Below are positions 35,825 through 37,224 of a stretch of 37,224 nt of DNA, piece by piece (the first letter of the stretch is position 1; each line of letters opens with the position of its first letter). The stretch comes from a virus. Taxonomy: Duplodnaviria > Caudoviricetes. The DNA is taken from IMG/VR virus record IMGVR_UViG_3300037308_000183, positions 1 through 37,224 of that record, one strand, 5' to 3'. The notes under the pieces are model-generated. The model ran no database searches and was not told the DNA's origin. It saw only the letters and a program-made list of their open reading frames with translations. The translations under genes and the position numbers were made by a program.

Positions 35825-36390
35825 GCGCCCCCTTCACCGCTTCCATGCTCGACGGCGGCAACCTGTCCAGTCAGCCGGACTACCGGCGGAACTACAACGG
35901 CCGCGACGACTGGGGTCGGCTGTGGCTCCTGTGCGTGGACATCAAGTCCGGCGGGCTCGCGGCACCCCCGATCCCCGCAGGCTGGGACGATCCGCTCGCG
36001 GTCCCGGCGAAGTACATCACCGTGGACCAGCAGAACCCGAACCGGGTCATCATCGCCTACGAGCAGTGGGCCCGGGAGATGGAAGAGGCCACGAAGGTGT
36101 GGGAAGAGAAGCTCCACAACGAGGGCGAGGAACTGTACGGGCAGAAGTACGACCCGAACGAGGCCCCCGACACGCGCTTGCTGAAGCGTGTGGGGACGCG
36201 CCCGCTGGCGCCCGAGGTCATCCGGGCGGCGGGGAAGGGCGACCCCCGGTTCCTCGGCGTCGAGCCCCAGAAGGTGATCCCGGTCTCGGACGACCGCCTG
36301 ATGGCGCAGTTCGAGGCGATGCGGCAGGAGAACGAGCGTCTCAAGGCGTTGCTGGCTGAGGAGATGCTGGAGGTCGAGGAGACCCCATGA
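35821..36390 (+). CDS. Hypothetical protein
   Basis: GAGGAG SD and ATGA overlaps. Confidence 0.75.
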   Translation: MSAPFTASMLDGGNLSSQPDYRRNYNGRDDWGRLWLLCVDIKSGGLAAPPIPAGWDDPLAVPAKYITVDQQNPNRVIIAYEQWAREMEEATKVWEEKLHNEGEELYGQKYDPNEAPDTRLLKRVGTRPLAPEVIRAAGKGDPRFLGVEPQKVIPVSDDRLMAQFEAMRQENERLKALLAEEMLEVEETP

Positions 36391-36707
36391 TCGCGAAGCT
36401 TTTCCCACTGGCGGCGCTGAACGACGTCGCGGACCTCGGCAACGCCGACGCCGGGCTGGCCGGGGATATCACGTTTCAGGTCGTCGGGACGTTCACGGCC
36501 ACCCTGTCGTTCGAGGCCACGATCGACGGCACCAACTGGGTCGCGGTGCTGGCGACCAACCTGAACTCTGGCACGGCGGCGACCAGCACGGCGGCGGCGG
36601 GGCTCTTCCGCGTAGACGCCACCGGCTTCACCCGGTTCCGGGTGCGGGTCTCGGCGTTCACGTCGATCACTTCCTGCGCGGTGTACGCCACACCGACCAT
36701 CGGGTGA
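36387..36707 (+). CDS. Putative structural beta-sandwich protein
   Basis: FQVVGTFTATLSFEATIDGTNW...FRVRVSAFTS. Confidence 0.7.
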   Translation: MIAKLFPLAALNDVADLGNADAGLAGDITFQVVGTFTATLSFEATIDGTNWVAVLATNLNSGTAATSTAAAGLFRVDATGFTRFRVRVSAFTSITSCAVYATPTIG

Positions 36708-36711
36708 TCCC

Positions 36712-37224
36712 ATGCGACTTCCCGCGTGGCTTCAGGCGCTGGGAGGGGGCGGAAAGCCCTCTCCCAGCCCCGTGGCGCCCCGATCGGGCGCCACCCGTGC
36801 TCCCAGCACCCCCCGGCCCGGAACGACGTTCAGGCGGCTCTACGACCACGGGGCCCCGGCGGCCCAGTGGCTGGAACGACAGGAGACCTGTCCCCGCTGT
36901 CGGGGGGTCGGGACGGTCCTGAACGCCGCTGGGACGGGGGTCGAGCCCTGTCCGGGGGCGGTCCTGAAGGCCGATGGGCCACTCTACCACTGCGCCAAGG
37001 GGCGCCTGACGGTACGGGTGCCCCCGGTGCGCGGGGTGCAGGTTCTCGGCGCCCGGCGGCGCCAGCACTTCACCCCCGGACTGGTCGAGGGGGGACAGGG
37101 TGAGGGCTGGCTGTCCGTGCAGGGGGACCGGCTCACCATCCATGGCACCACCGTCAGCAACGGCCGGGAGCGCATCACGCCGGTCGTGTATCGCATCCTG
37201 CGGGCGCCGGGCTACTACTGCTGT
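36712..37224 (+). CDS. Hypothetical Cys-containing protein, 3'-truncated
   Basis: Hand translation is open to the window end: MRLPAWLQAL...CPRCRGVG...CPG...HCAKG...PGYYCC. Confidence 0.6.
   Translation, partial: MRLPAWLQALGGGGKPSPSPVAPRSGATRAPSTPRPGTTFRRLYDHGAPAAQWLERQETCPRCRGVGTVLNAAGTGVEPCPGAVLKADGPLYHCAKGRLTVRVPPVRGVQVLGARRRQHFTPGLVEGGQGEGWLSVQGDRLTIHGTTVSNGRERITPVVYRILRAPGYYCC

Larger units (their letters stand above)
1..37224. mobile_element. Tailed dsDNA bacteriophage genome segment, podovirus-like, probably circularly permuted
   Basis: TerS, TerL, portal, scaffold, capsid, endolysin, holin, YqaJ/RecT and helicase are present; genes are densely coupled by ATGA/GTGA overlaps; no host housekeeping genes and no tape-measure protein. 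Confidence 0.95.

Overview
The window is most of a high-GC (about 68-70% by eye) dsDNA tailed phage genome with podovirus-like organisation. It is apparently circularly permuted: it starts in tail/ejection genes and ends just after the head genes. Gene order: tail and ejection proteins including a 2464-aa multidomain protein; membrane protein and 3TM holin; two DNA-binding regulators; YqaJ and RecT; replication initiator; DnaB-like helicase; VRR-NUC; a minus-strand operon (MoxR-type AAA ATPase, degenerate vWA-like and true vWA proteins, XRE HTH, Zn-ribbon, UPF0489/arginase-like); divergent promoters; TerS; PD-(D/E)XK nuclease; 11-bp-periodic CTAG repeat arrays; TerL; M15 endolysin; portal; scaffold; capsid. 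No integrase, tRNA or CRISPR array was seen. The most striking observation is two small +1-frame genes nested inside the giant ejection-protein gene. Each starts right after a putative effector domain and has an SD-like sequence and a local collapse of host-frame GC3, and the first is preceded by an internal sigma70-like promoter. These are candidate built-in antidote or regulator peptides. Second is an iteron-like CTAG array about 9 kb from the initiator gene. All family assignments come from motif recognition by eye, not from database searches.
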